In this document: one piece after another, positions 1-9,631 of the stretch
Layout of the letters: each line of letters starts with the position of its first letter
How positions within the stretch are numbered: position 1 is the first letter of the stretch
Origin: Candidatus Omnitrophota bacterium
GTDB lineage: Bacteria > Omnitrophota > Gorgyraeia > 2-01-FULL-45-10
Direction of reading: 5' to 3'
Assembly (NCBI GenBank): GCA_041650935.1
Contig: JBAZKH010000002.1
Span: 128,372 to 192,371, forward strand
DNA: 64,000 nt
Translations under genes and position numbers: made by a program
Notes under the pieces: model-generated
Told to the model about the DNA's origin: nothing
The model's database searches: none
What the model saw: only the letters and a program-made list of their open reading frames with translations

Positions 1-744
1 TGCGAGCAGGCGATGTGCCCGAATATCGGGGAATGCTTCGGCCGGAGGGAAGCGACTTTTTTGATACTCGGCCGGCAGTGCACGCGTATGTGCAGTTTTT
101 GTAATGTAAAAAAGGGAAAGCCGTTGCCGCCGGATAGCGGTGAACCGGCCAGGGTGGCCGAAGCGGCAGCGAAATTTTCCTTAAAACACGTCGTCATTAC
201 GAGCGTTACCAGGGATGATCTTGCCGACGGCGGGGCGGGAATTTTCGCGGAGACGGTCCTGCGTATCCGAAAAAGATCTCCGGCCGTAAAGATAGAGATC
301 CTTATACCGGACTTCCGACTTTCCCGCGATGCGATTATGCTCGTGGTGAAGTCGTGCCCGGATATCATCGCGCATAATATAGAGACGGTACCCTCGCTTT
401 ATGACGTTACGCGCAAGGGGGCAGATTACGGCCGCTCGCTCAGGGTCCTGCGCCTCATAAGAGATATATCGCCGCATATGAAGACGAAGTCGGGCATAAT
501 GCTCGGCATGGGGGAGAGTGCGGCGGAAGTTTATTCAGTGATGAAAGACCTGCGTTCGGCAGGCTGTGATTTTTTAAGCATCGGCCAATATCTCGCCCCG
601 AGCCGAGGCCATTATCCGGTGAAAGAATATATTGCGCCGGATAAATTTATGCGATATAAAGAAGAGGGCGCGAAGATGGGTTTTGCGCATATCGAAAGCG
701 GCCCGTATGTGCGCAGTTCTTACATGGCCGGGAATTACCTATGA
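1..744 (+). CDS. lipA: lipoyl synthase, 5' partial (reading frame continues upstream of window)
   Basis: The frame is open from base 1 (CEQAMCPNIGEC is the first Cys cluster). The radical-SAM CxxxCxxC motif is present (CTRMCSFC) and similarity runs over the whole length. The first Met is at 13. Confidence 0.85.
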   Translation, partial: CEQAMCPNIGECFGRREATFLILGRQCTRMCSFCNVKKGKPLPPDSGEPARVAEAAAKFSLKHVVITSVTRDDLADGGAGIFAETVLRIRKRSPAVKIEILIPDFRLSRDAIMLVVKSCPDIIAHNIETVPSLYDVTRKGADYGRSLRVLRLIRDISPHMKTKSGIMLGMGESAAEVYSVMKDLRSAGCDFLSIGQYLAPSRGHYPVKEYIAPDKFMRYKEEGAKMGFAHIESGPYVRSSYMAGNYL

Positions 745-1196
745 CTTCGAATATAGACCGGATATACATGTCCGAGGCGTTGAAAGAGGCCCAAAAGGCA
801 TTCGATACCGACGAGGTACCGGTAGGCGCGATAATAGTCCATAATGGCAGAGTCGTTGCGAAGGCGCACAACCAGATAAAATTGCTCAAAGACCCGACGG
901 CCCATGCCGAGATGATAGCGATCACACAGGCCGCCGCTTCTTGCGAGAACGAAAGATTGCCGGAAGCCGTGTTGTATGTTACAATTGAACCCTGCCCGAT
1001 GTGTGCCGGCGCGCTTGTCCTGGCGAGGATAAAAAGAGTCTGTTTCGGCGCGCCCGACCCGAAGACCGGCGCTTTCGGTTCGCAGATGGATATAAACAAG
1101 TTGAAGCTAAACCACAAGATTGCGGTAACCAAAGGCGAATTGGAAGACGAATGCGTCTTCCTCATGAAGGAATTTTTTAAGAAGAAACGAAAATAA
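741..1196 (+). CDS. tadA: tRNA-specific adenosine(34) deaminase
   Basis: CDA-fold zinc motifs HAE (HAEMIAI) and PCPMC are present, the size is 151 aa, and an ATGA overlap couples it to lipA. Confidence 0.85.
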   Translation: MTSNIDRIYMSEALKEAQKAFDTDEVPVGAIIVHNGRVVAKAHNQIKLLKDPTAHAEMIAITQAAASCENERLPEAVLYVTIEPCPMCAGALVLARIKRVCFGAPDPKTGAFGSQMDINKLKLNHKIAVTKGELEDECVFLMKEFFKKKRK

Positions 1197-1243
1197 ATCA
1201 GGTCCTTTTAGCGCTTCAGGGTCGAAGTTGTTTTGCAAATTCG

Positions 1244-1336
1244 GAGAGGTCGCCTAGTGGTCGAGGGCGGCGGTTTGCTAAACCGCTATACGCTTGAAAA
1301 GGTGTATCGAGAGTTCAAATCTCTCCCTCTCCGCCA
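1244..1336 (+). tRNA. tRNA-Ser (anticodon GCU), long variable arm, encoded CCA
   Basis: The cloverleaf reads by eye as acceptor ggagagg/cctctcc, anticodon loop ttGCTaa, a long extra arm, T-arm ttcaaat, and a 3' gcca end. Confidence 0.8.
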
Positions 1337-1477
1337 GATTTAGTCAATCTTAGCCAACTTCATCAGGCTGAGTCAGGAGATTTGAAGCGAGCGAGCGCCG
1401 ACCTTTAGGGAGGAAAAGCGCTATGCGCGACAGCGAGCGAGGGGAGGTTACGCAGCTGCCTCCGGCGGCGTAGTAAC

Positions 1478-1498
1478 CAAATCTCTCCCTCTCCGCCA
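1478..1498 (+). repeat. 21-bp direct duplicate of the tRNA-Ser 3' end (caaatctctccctctccgcca)
   Basis: It is an exact copy of tRNA positions 1316-1336, lying 142 bp downstream, and looks like an att-site scar. Confidence 0.6.
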
Positions 1499-1909
1499 TG
1501 AACCATTCGACAAAACCTTCGGTTTTGTCTCAGGTTCATGGCACAGTCATGTTGATTTTTGGGGACTGGTACAGGGCAAACGCTCGGGCTTCGCCCAGCA
1601 CCCGAGCGAAGCGAGTGGTGCTGGGTACATGGCACAGCCCTGTACCGGAGGCCATTGTTTAACAGTAGGCCGACTGGCACAGGGCATAACTTTTTACGGT
1701 ACTTCTGTCTACCGGCGGAAGTACCTTATTTTTGTGAATCCCTCGTCTTTTCCCTACGGCAGACATACCCTGTCCTTAAGCAGCTATCAACAGTTGTAGT
1801 CAGTGGCCAAAATCCCGGAAGTGCCATTTTCAGTGGAAATTTAATTAATAAAATAACCCTAACCTCCTTTACACAGCCGCTACTTCGCGCTATAATATAA
1901 TTTGCGTAT

Positions 1910-2839
1910 ATGAAGAGAATATTAAAAAGTATAGTGATAATTTTAGTAGCGGCGTGCGTATATTCGCTTATACCAGTGGCCGGATTGTACCTTTCCGGGA
2001 ACCAACCGCCGTATACAAATTCTCAGGTTGCCGAAAAACTCAAAAGTCATAAGGGTAGTTATTTCGAATTCATCGTTTTTAGCGATAACCACGCCGGCCT
2101 CATATTCGATGACAGCGCTACCTTGAAGCTTGTACGCAGCATCAACCACGAAAGGCGATTCAAAAAGGTTCCCATAGATTTTGCGGCGATAGCGGGTGAT
2201 ATCACTTTCAGGGGCTCGGCCTGGGATTACTGTGTATTCAGCAGGATCCGTTCTCAGGTAAAAGTCCCGGTCATAAGCGCCATGGGAAATCACGACGAGG
2301 ATAAGGACGACGGCAGTCTCTTTAAGAAATATACCGGCGAGAAGGACTTCTCTTTTTCCGACAGGAACTCGTATTTTATAGTCATCGACAATATCTCCGG
2401 CAATGTGAGCGACGGGCAGTTTTACAACCTCGAAGAGGACCTGAAAAAATCGGCCGCGTACACGCATCGTTTCATAATTATGCACAAACCCCCGTTTGCC
2501 CCGTATTTCCAATCGTGGTACAGGCCGGAAGGGAACGCATGGTCGTACCGGTTCATGAAACTATGCGAGCAGTATAAAGTCGACATCGTCTTCTCCGGCC
2601 ATGAGCATATATTCAAGGCCAAGGAATTCGGAGGAGTGAAGTATATAACTACCGGCGGCGGCGGGATGCCGACGCAGATCCCGGGCGCCGGCGGCGCATT
2701 CCTCCATTACACTGTGGTCAAAGTATACGGTGATTATGTCGATTACGAAGTAAGAAAAGTCTTCCCGCCTCTATGGGAATTTTTCAGCTATTATATGTGG
2801 AGCGACATCTTCTACTTTCTGAAAGACGCCCTTTCGTAA
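1910..2839 (+). CDS. calcineurin-like metallophosphoesterase, signal-anchored
   Basis: It has an N-terminal hydrophobic segment and the phosphoesterase motifs GDITFRG, GNHD and GHEH. Confidence 0.65.
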   Translation: MKRILKSIVIILVAACVYSLIPVAGLYLSGNQPPYTNSQVAEKLKSHKGSYFEFIVFSDNHAGLIFDDSATLKLVRSINHERRFKKVPIDFAAIAGDITFRGSAWDYCVFSRIRSQVKVPVISAMGNHDEDKDDGSLFKKYTGEKDFSFSDRNSYFIVIDNISGNVSDGQFYNLEEDLKKSAAYTHRFIIMHKPPFAPYFQSWYRPEGNAWSYRFMKLCEQYKVDIVFSGHEHIFKAKEFGGVKYITTGGGGMPTQIPGAGGAFLHYTVVKVYGDYVDYEVRKVFPPLWEFFSYYMWSDIFYFLKDALS

Positions 2840-2845
2840 AACTTT

Positions 2846-3940
2846 ATGAAGATACTGCGAGATTACATCCTGAAAGAATTCTTCCACTCGTTCCTGCTCT
2901 CTATAGTCGTATTTACATTCGTCCTTCTCGTCGGGAACATAATACAGCTGGCGGACCTCGTCATAAATAAAGGCGTCGAAATATTCGCGGTATTAAAACT
3001 ATTCCTCTTCCTGATCCCGTGGCTCCTTTCGTTCACGCTCCCGATAGCGGCGCTTACGGCCGTCGTGCTCGTCTTCGGCAGGTTCTCCGGCGACGGAGAG
3101 CTCACCGCCATAAAGGCGAGCGGTATCGGGCTCTTCAGGATCTCCCTGCCGTTGCTGATACTGGGGGTGCTCTTCAGCTTTATCGCGTTTTACTTAAACG
3201 ACCAGATATCACCTAATGCCTCTTTTGCCTCGCGCAGTGTAGTCAAGGAGATCGGGATGAAGAATCCCGCCGCGATGCTGGAAGAAGGCACGTTCATACG
3301 GGGATTCGGGAACTATGTAATTTTTATATATGAGATAAAGGGGAACAAATTCAGGAATATAAGGATATACCAGCCGCAGGAAGGCAAAACGACCCGCACG
3401 ATAGTGGCGGAGTTCGGAGAGATCCATACCCAGCCCGGTTCGAGCGTAATAGAGCTCAAACTCTTTAACGGGACGAGCGAGGAGCCTTCTCCTACGGAGC
3501 CGGACAATTTTTATAAACTCAATTTCAAGACGTACAATATGACGATCGACGTATCGAAATTTATGAAGAAAGAGAAGATAAATAAGAAGATAAGGGAGAT
3601 GACAGTGCAGGAACTCCTGGCGGAGATAGAGAGCGTGAAAGCGCAGAAGATGGATACCACGCCCCTATACGTAGAGATATACAAGAAGATAAACATGTCC
3701 ATAGCGTCCTTTATACTTATATTGATGGGTATACCGCTGGGCATAAAGGCGCAGAGGAGCGAGAAGTCGATAGGGTTCGGGATAAGCCTGCTTCTCTTCG
3801 CGGTATACTGGGGGACATTTTTAGGCGGGATAGCGATGTCGCTTAGAGGGACGGTGCCGGCGTTACTTGGGGTGTCGCTGCCGAACGCGGTATTTTTTCT
3901 ATTCGGGTTGATACTGTTTATGCATACGGCAAGAAAGTGA
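2846..3940 (+). CDS. LptF/LptG (YjgP/YjgQ) family permease
   Basis: The N-terminus MKILRDYILKEFF is typical of the family, the protein has six TM segments with a large periplasmic loop, and it is 364 aa long. Confidence 0.6.
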   Translation: MKILRDYILKEFFHSFLLSIVVFTFVLLVGNIIQLADLVINKGVEIFAVLKLFLFLIPWLLSFTLPIAALTAVVLVFGRFSGDGELTAIKASGIGLFRISLPLLILGVLFSFIAFYLNDQISPNASFASRSVVKEIGMKNPAAMLEEGTFIRGFGNYVIFIYEIKGNKFRNIRIYQPQEGKTTRTIVAEFGEIHTQPGSSVIELKLFNGTSEEPSPTEPDNFYKLNFKTYNMTIDVSKFMKKEKINKKIREMTVQELLAEIESVKAQKMDTTPLYVEIYKKINMSIASFILILMGIPLGIKAQRSEKSIGFGISLLLFAVYWGTFLGGIAMSLRGTVPALLGVSLPNAVFFLFGLILFMHTARK

Positions 3941-4112
3941 AACAAAACGAAGCAGAAAATGAAACGGAGGAGGTATGGGATTAAGGACTCAGCGGCAGAT
4001 AAAGTTAAAACAGGCTATTAAACGTAAGGCCAAACGGAAACACCTTACGGCAAAAGGCGAGGACCTGAAGCAGTATTATTACGGCAAATACTATCTGAAG
4101 ATAGGCGCGTAA

Positions 4113-5063
4113 ATGAAGCATGGTCCGTATGAAATAGTGATAATAGGCGGCGGGCCCGCCGGCATGACGGCCGGGCTCTATGCCTGCAGGGCGAGGATGC
4201 GGACGCTTCTAGTCGAAAAGGCGCTCTGCGGCGGCCAGGTCCTAGTAGCCGACACCATCGAAAATTTTCCCGGATTTCCCGAAGGGATAAAGGGTCCGGA
4301 CCTTGCCGAGTGGATGTTCAAACAGGCATCCCGTTTTGGTCTTGAAGTGAAGACGTCGGAAGTTACAGGCATAGAGCCTAAGAAGACGGCCGCGGCGAAC
4401 TTCAAGGTGTGCCTCCAGGGCGGCGAGATTGTAGAAGCGCTCTCTTTGATAGTGGCGGCCGGCGCTAACTGGAACCATCTGAATATCCCCGGCGAGCAGA
4501 AACTTACCGGGCGGGGCGTATCCTATTGCGCGACATGCGACGGCCCGCTCTTTAAGGGTAAGGATGTAGCGGTGATAGGCGGCGGCGATACGGCGCTCGA
4601 GGATGCCATATTTCTTACGAAATTTGCCCGGAAAGTAACGGTCATACACAGACGCGACAAACTGCGGGCTACCAAAATATTGCAGGAGAGGGCGATTTCC
4701 AACAAAAAGATAGAATTTTGCCTGAATGCCGTTGCTGTAGAGATAAAAGGCTCTGCCAGGGTTGAGGCGGTAGCGGTAAAAGATGTCAGCACCGGTAAGC
4801 CGGCGGAAGTCAGGGCGGATGCGGTCTTCGTGCTCATCGGCACAGTGCCGAATTCGGAGATGGTGAAGGGCATGGTGAAGATGGACGATAAGAATTATAT
4901 ATTGACCGATGACCATATGCGTACTTCCGTAGACGGTATATTTGCCTGCGGCGATGTCAGGGGAAAGCTGTTGCGGCAGGTTTCGACGGCCGTGGGTGAC
5001 GGCGCAACCGCGGCTTTCAGCGCCGAACGTTACGTAGAGTCGATTAATGCCGGCGGAAAATGA
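4113..5063 (+). CDS. trxB: thioredoxin-disulfide reductase
   Basis: It has the FAD-binding GGGPAG, the redox-active CATCDG, the NADPH-binding GGGDTALE and the C-terminal GDV motif. Confidence 0.85.
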   Translation: MKHGPYEIVIIGGGPAGMTAGLYACRARMRTLLVEKALCGGQVLVADTIENFPGFPEGIKGPDLAEWMFKQASRFGLEVKTSEVTGIEPKKTAAANFKVCLQGGEIVEALSLIVAAGANWNHLNIPGEQKLTGRGVSYCATCDGPLFKGKDVAVIGGGDTALEDAIFLTKFARKVTVIHRRDKLRATKILQERAISNKKIEFCLNAVAVEIKGSARVEAVAVKDVSTGKPAEVRADAVFVLIGTVPNSEMVKGMVKMDDKNYILTDDHMRTSVDGIFACGDVRGKLLRQVSTAVGDGATAAFSAERYVESINAGGK

Positions 5064-5189
5064 TATTGACTTTAATCCGTCTTTCGTGATAATTTATTGC
5101 CTAAAGATTTGCCGATCCGTCTTCGCTTTTAAGACGCTTAGACTGTAGTAGAGCTTTGGTGAGATTCGGCGCCGGAGTGAAATTATAGT

Positions 5190-5264
5190 GCCGAGGTAGC
5201 TCAGTGGTAGAGCGCTGCGCTGAAAACGCAGGCGTGGGCAGTCCGATTCTGCCCCTCGGCACCA
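5190..5264 (+). tRNA. tRNA-Phe (anticodon GAA), encoded CCA
   Basis: The acceptor is gccgagg/cctcggc, the anticodon loop ctGAAaa, the T-arm ggcag-tccgatt-ctgcc. Confidence 0.85.
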
Positions 5265-5267
5265 TTT

Positions 5268-5302
5268 TGCTGCGCTCAAAGCTTTTCAGCTTTGAGCGCA
5301 GC
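5268..5302 (+). terminator. perfect 15-bp stem hairpin immediately after tRNA-Phe
   Basis: The sequence tgctgcgctcaaagc-ttttcag-gctttgagcgcagca forms the hairpin, and no strong U-tract follows it. Confidence 0.4.
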
Positions 5303-5406
5303 AGGAATATCCCCTACGAAGCCTTATCGGAAATTTCCGGATTAAAAGGCGAAGTAGGTATTTTTATGTCTACTTGTTAAGCATTAAAAAAGTAAGACGT
5401 TGATCC

Positions 5407-5445
5407 TTGACATCACGATACTATATGATATAGTTATATCATATA
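5407..5445 (+). promoter_or_regulatory. sigma70-like promoter (ttgaca-16-tatagt) overlapped by an 11-bp-arm inverted repeat
   Basis: The -35 ttgaca lies at 5407-5412 and the -10 tatagt at 5429-5434. The arms tatatgatata (5422-5432) and tatatcatata (5435-5445) are perfect reverse complements with a 2-bp spacer and form an operator-like site. Confidence 0.45.
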
Positions 5446-5476
5446 TTTGGTTAAGACAATACAAGTCTAGATAACT

Positions 5477-8400
5477 TTGTTTGGAGGCAAATTGGAAGCT
5501 TGCGGATCTAGGACCTCGTGTCTGAAGAATAGGCTATTCAAGGTAATAGTGTGCATTATTACCCTGGTAGCCTTTTTGTTTACTATAGTCCCGCCTGACA
5601 TGGCATGGGCATTAACAATGCCGCAAACCAAAGCTGTAAATTTTGCTCCAAAGGCCGCGCCGGCTATAACCGAAATTACCATTCCCGAATATCTCGGTGT
5701 GATTAAAGAGTCGTGGTCTCCTCAAAACACGCAAACACGCAAGTCCGACAACCCGCAAACTATAATACATATCCAGGATGCCCACTGTAACTATTATGCC
5801 CAATTACAGATAGCACGGATCGTTGGCTATCTGCAGGAGCGGTACGGCATAAGCCAGGTAAACCTGGAAGGCGGTAAGCGGGATTACGATCTCTCGGCCC
5901 TTACCGGGATCAAAGATGTGGGGCTGCGGGCTAAGGCGTTAGAACATTTTATGAAAGAAGGCGTAATTAACGGCGCCGAATATTTTGCCGCCAATAATCC
6001 GAAAAAGGCATCGCTCTGGGGGATCGAAGACACAGGGCTTTATATCGAAAATCTTAAAGTTTACCTGGATTCCCTGGCCGATAAAACGGCCATAGATAGG
6101 TACCTCAAAAATTTAACATCAGCTCTCTCGAACCTAAAGACGCGTATATATTCCAGGGACCTGATCACGCTTGACCGTCATCGGACGGCTTTCAAGAATA
6201 AAAAACTGGGGCTTAAAGAATACTTTAATTATTTGACCGGATTGTCATCGTCTCAAAATGTAGATACTTCAGACCTGACTAATATACAGATATTACTTAA
6301 GACGTTGACATTAGAAAAGGATATGGATTTCAAAGAGTCGAACGCCGAGAGAGAAGGGCTTATAGATAAGCTCGGGAAGGTGCTTTCCCGGGATGAAGTA
6401 AGGGAGCTGGTTGGAAAAGCCGTCGAATTTAGGACCGGGCGGATATCCGCCATAAAATTTCATTCATACCTGCTGGACAAAGCAAAAGAGCTGAAAATAC
6501 CCTCGGGAGAATACAAGAACCTCATCCTTTATACCGTATACCTGGGCGTCTATTCAAATCTCGATAACGATAAACTATTCGAAGAGGCCGGCGTTCTGGC
6601 AAGACGGGTCAGCGAAAAACTTTTCCAGGATACCGCCCAAAATGAGCTTTATAAACTTTCGGAAGATCTCGACATAATTAAGGATGTGCTGGAGATCGCG
6701 CTCACATCAGACGAGCACAAATATTTTAGAGATCATCGCGGCGAATTCGATATGAAGAATTATCTGGCATTTGTGAATGATAAAGCGCAGTTTTACGGGC
6801 TCAAACTCCGCCTCGGGGACGACATCCTGAAATTAAACGACCATCTGGAGCGGATGGAGAAATTTTATCTGATAGGCCTTGAGCGCGACGAGGCATTTAT
6901 TAAAAATCTCAAGTTCAATAGCAGGGGACGTTTAAACGTCCCCTACGCTGTGGATAACTCTAAGGCCGCTATCCTTATTACAGGCGGATTCCACGCAAAG
7001 AACCTCGCTGGACTATTTAAGAAAAAGAAGATATCCTACATATCGATCATGCCGAATTTTAAAGAGGAAGAAGGTTACGAGTGCCCGTACTTAAGTCTGC
7101 TATCGGGCAGGAAGAGGATCGTCCTGGCCAAGGAGGTAAAGAAGATCGCGGGCCAGTCACTTGCATACTGCAGTCAGCAAACATCGCTGGCGGATGATGT
7201 GAAGGGTTTAATGCCTGCCGCAAATATTGGGGTATCGTCCGCTACCTCTCCAATGCCGGATACCGTGGCATCCCCAAGCGTACCGTCCCCGACGATCATG
7301 TCCCGCATAAACGAGTTACTTAAAAATATCGTGAAGACATTATTCGGCGTCAGATTTAGCGCGGATCAGGAGAAGATAATACAAGCGGAGGCAAAAGAGG
7401 TTGTAGACATATTGCTGCCCGGTAAGGATACGGCTGAAAAAGGTAAGCGCGCGCAGGAATTGGCGGCAGCCGCTTCGCTAAACTCTATACCCGTAATGTT
7501 TATCAATACCTTAACCCGTCCTATTTCAGGCAGAGGGTTGCTGTGTATCATAGCCGCTGCCGGTATTATTACCGGTGGTTTTGCTGTGAATAGCTACAGT
7601 ATGCCCGCATTTCCAGAACTTCTTATTTGCTTTACGGCAGGTACCGCAGCCGTATGGGCCTTGATCTTTACGGGTACTTTTATAGAAGCGTGGAAGCCGC
7701 ATATAACGGTAGAGCGGGCATATATACCCGTGTTAGTGAGCCGTTCATTTTTCATAAATTCAACCGCGCATGAATTGACCCACCTTTTGAAACGCATGGA
7801 CTGTATACAGACAGACTTGCCGGCAGCTTCCGCGATAGGGACATTACGTGCGTTCGAAAGAGAGATGCTCGAAGGCAGCGATAAAGCGGGATTCGATTAT
7901 GGCCTGAGTGTCGAACGTGATAAAAAAATAAGCCCGGAAGAAAAACATGCCCAGCTTATAAGCTGGGCAAAACGAAGAGGCTGTTCCGGCAGCGAGGTCG
8001 AGCCGCCTTTTACCTATCCTTTGGGAGCCGCATTGGCCGGTTATGGCTATGCGCTCAGTCTCGAGACGGGTAATCCCGGCGATCCGAGGAAATTTATCTA
8101 TCTGATCTCAAAAGGTATATCTCCGCTGGAAGCGGAGCGCGCTATCAGATCAACCGCTTTCCAGTCCGGGCCCGAGGAAACGCCGCAAGCCGAATCTGCC
8201 AGGATCGACCTGCCTTTATTGGTAGAAGATTCGGAGCTCATGAAACGTCTTACCGCGATTAATGGCGGCAAGCGGCCGCATGTTATTAATATTTACGGGG
8301 GCCATGAAGATACTTTACCGGTACTTAAGGATGCTTTAAACGCCATCCCTCAGGACGAATCCGATGATTATATAGCGGTTACGCTGAAAAATACCGATAG

Positions 8401-9541
8401 CAGTACCGGCGTGACGACCTATTCCCTTATAGCCGACAGGGCAAGTTATATTATAAACGGCAAAACGGCAAACAATGAAAAATTACTTCACGCTATCTGG
8501 GCAGGACGTGCTGAGGTAGGGGCTTTTGAATTCGTCTTCCGGTTTTCGGTAGTTCCGGCCGATAATACCATAGCTATCGAATCGGTTTCGATCGGCAGGG
8601 TGTATACCGCGGACTTGCGGAGCAGACACCTTGTCTCCCGTTTCTTTAAGAATTTCGCGAAGACGCTGGAACAGAATTATCGCGGGATGGATATAACCGC
8701 GACATCCCTTGAAGATTTTCATGGCGCCGGAGTCCAGGTGATACCTTACTTGATGCGTAAATATTTCAGCGCACAGAAGCTGAAAAAAGAGAGCCCGGTC
8801 TATTCCGGGCGCGTGGGGAAGCGGCGATCGGTCTTTTCCCGCGCTAAAGATCCCAATGTTACCTGCGGGTCTTTCCACCCCGGGGTGGAAAATGCTATTT
8901 ATGAAGATGAGCAGGACGGGTTATTGCGCGCCGCGGGTGATGTGCTCGACAAAGTCCGGCCGATAAATCCGGAGGAAGAGTCACGCGTATTATTTATACC
9001 GATCGATATGAGCAAGCTGAGAGACTATTCGGCCCTGCGCGCCGACATAAAACACGCTTTCGGTATGGATTTTAGCAATATGAATACAATATTTTACGAC
9101 GGCACGGAAAGAGGCCTTATGGAAGCGGCTGCCGATCCGAAGTATGGCCTGAACAGGCCCGGCACTTTGGCGCTTGCGTATATAGATGAGAAAGCGATGA
9201 GCGGGGAGGCGGCGGAGTCCCATAATAAGAACAATGCCGCATTTAAGATAATACGCGAAGAGGCACCCCGGGGTGTCGCTAAAGACGAATTATTCATGCA
9301 TGTCGCGTTCGGTCTGCCGGTGCTCGACTACGTGAAAGGCAATTCAAACGAAACCCACATGATGGAGCTATGGAGCATCATAGAGCGGATGGTGAAAAAC
9401 CCGCGTGAATTGAAAAATAGCATAGAGACTCTCTTTAAAAAAGGTTTTATTCTGGCGCTTAAGAAGATAACGAAAATAAATATCAATAAGGAGATAGAAG
9501 ACGGAAAATATAACTTAAGGGAAGTGCTTACGAAAGCATAA
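5477..9541 (+). CDS. large orphan membrane protein (TraB/GumN/TIKI-like N-domain, Ser/Pro linker, two TM helices, C-domain with HExxH motif)
   Basis: It is a 4 kb open frame whose start is uncertain (TTG 5477, TTG 5492 after GGAGG, or GTG 5549). It has an N-terminal TM, the motifs IIHIQDAH and ILITGGFHAKNLAGLF that resemble TraB/GumN signatures, HELTH at nt 7768-7782, and no other recognisable domain. Confidence 0.6.
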   Translation: MFGGKLEACGSRTSCLKNRLFKVIVCIITLVAFLFTIVPPDMAWALTMPQTKAVNFAPKAAPAITEITIPEYLGVIKESWSPQNTQTRKSDNPQTIIHIQDAHCNYYAQLQIARIVGYLQERYGISQVNLEGGKRDYDLSALTGIKDVGLRAKALEHFMKEGVINGAEYFAANNPKKASLWGIEDTGLYIENLKVYLDSLADKTAIDRYLKNLTSALSNLKTRIYSRDLITLDRHRTAFKNKKLGLKEYFNYLTGLSSSQNVDTSDLTNIQILLKTLTLEKDMDFKESNAEREGLIDKLGKVLSRDEVRELVGKAVEFRTGRISAIKFHSYLLDKAKELKIPSGEYKNLILYTVYLGVYSNLDNDKLFEEAGVLARRVSEKLFQDTAQNELYKLSEDLDIIKDVLEIALTSDEHKYFRDHRGEFDMKNYLAFVNDKAQFYGLKLRLGDDILKLNDHLERMEKFYLIGLERDEAFIKNLKFNSRGRLNVPYAVDNSKAAILITGGFHAKNLAGLFKKKKISYISIMPNFKEEEGYECPYLSLLSGRKRIVLAKEVKKIAGQSLAYCSQQTSLADDVKGLMPAANIGVSSATSPMPDTVASPSVPSPTIMSRINELLKNIVKTLFGVRFSADQEKIIQAEAKEVVDILLPGKDTAEKGKRAQELAAAASLNSIPVMFINTLTRPISGRGLLCIIAAAGIITGGFAVNSYSMPAFPELLICFTAGTAAVWALIFTGTFIEAWKPHITVERAYIPVLVSRSFFINSTAHELTHLLKRMDCIQTDLPAASAIGTLRAFEREMLEGSDKAGFDYGLSVERDKKISPEEKHAQLISWAKRRGCSGSEVEPPFTYPLGAALAGYGYALSLETGNPGDPRKFIYLISKGISPLEAERAIRSTAFQSGPEETPQAESARIDLPLLVEDSELMKRLTAINGGKRPHVINIYGGHEDTLPVLKDALNAIPQDESDDYIAVTLKNTDSSTGVTTYSLIADRASYIINGKTANNEKLLHAIWAGRAEVGAFEFVFRFSVVPADNTIAIESVSIGRVYTADLRSRHLVSRFFKNFAKTLEQNYRGMDITATSLEDFHGAGVQVIPYLMRKYFSAQKLKKESPVYSGRVGKRRSVFSRAKDPNVTCGSFHPGVENAIYEDEQDGLLRAAGDVLDKVRPINPEEESRVLFIPIDMSKLRDYSALRADIKHAFGMDFSNMNTIFYDGTERGLMEAAADPKYGLNRPGTLALAYIDEKAMSGEAAESHNKNNAAFKIIREEAPRGVAKDELFMHVAFGLPVLDYVKGNSNETHMMELWSIIERMVKNPRELKNSIETLFKKGFILALKKITKININKEIEDGKYNLREVLTKA

Positions 9542-9631
9542 AGATTTTTTGCCCGGCCGGCACAAGGCGCGTTTTACGCTTCGCCGCAAGCGGCGTAATT
9601 CCGTGTCCTTACCGGCCGGGACTATGTTATA

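Noticed and set aside
647-1165. 172-aa minus-strand ORF overlapping lipA/tadA
   Set aside because: It is antisense to two genes with clear conserved motifs (the radical-SAM and CDA zinc motifs), and it is low-complexity with no motif.
4242-4916. 224-aa and 116-aa minus-strand ORFs inside trxB
   Set aside because: The plus strand encodes an unmistakable thioredoxin reductase (GGGPAG, CATCDG). The antisense frames are a typical artefact of GC-rich coding DNA.
9542-9631. Palindromic GC-rich segment (cccggccggcacaagg ... ccttaccggccggg) before the NUDIX gene
   Set aside because: It is probably just a terminator/attenuator for the large upstream gene combined with a tataat -10 element. There is not enough structure to call a riboswitch.
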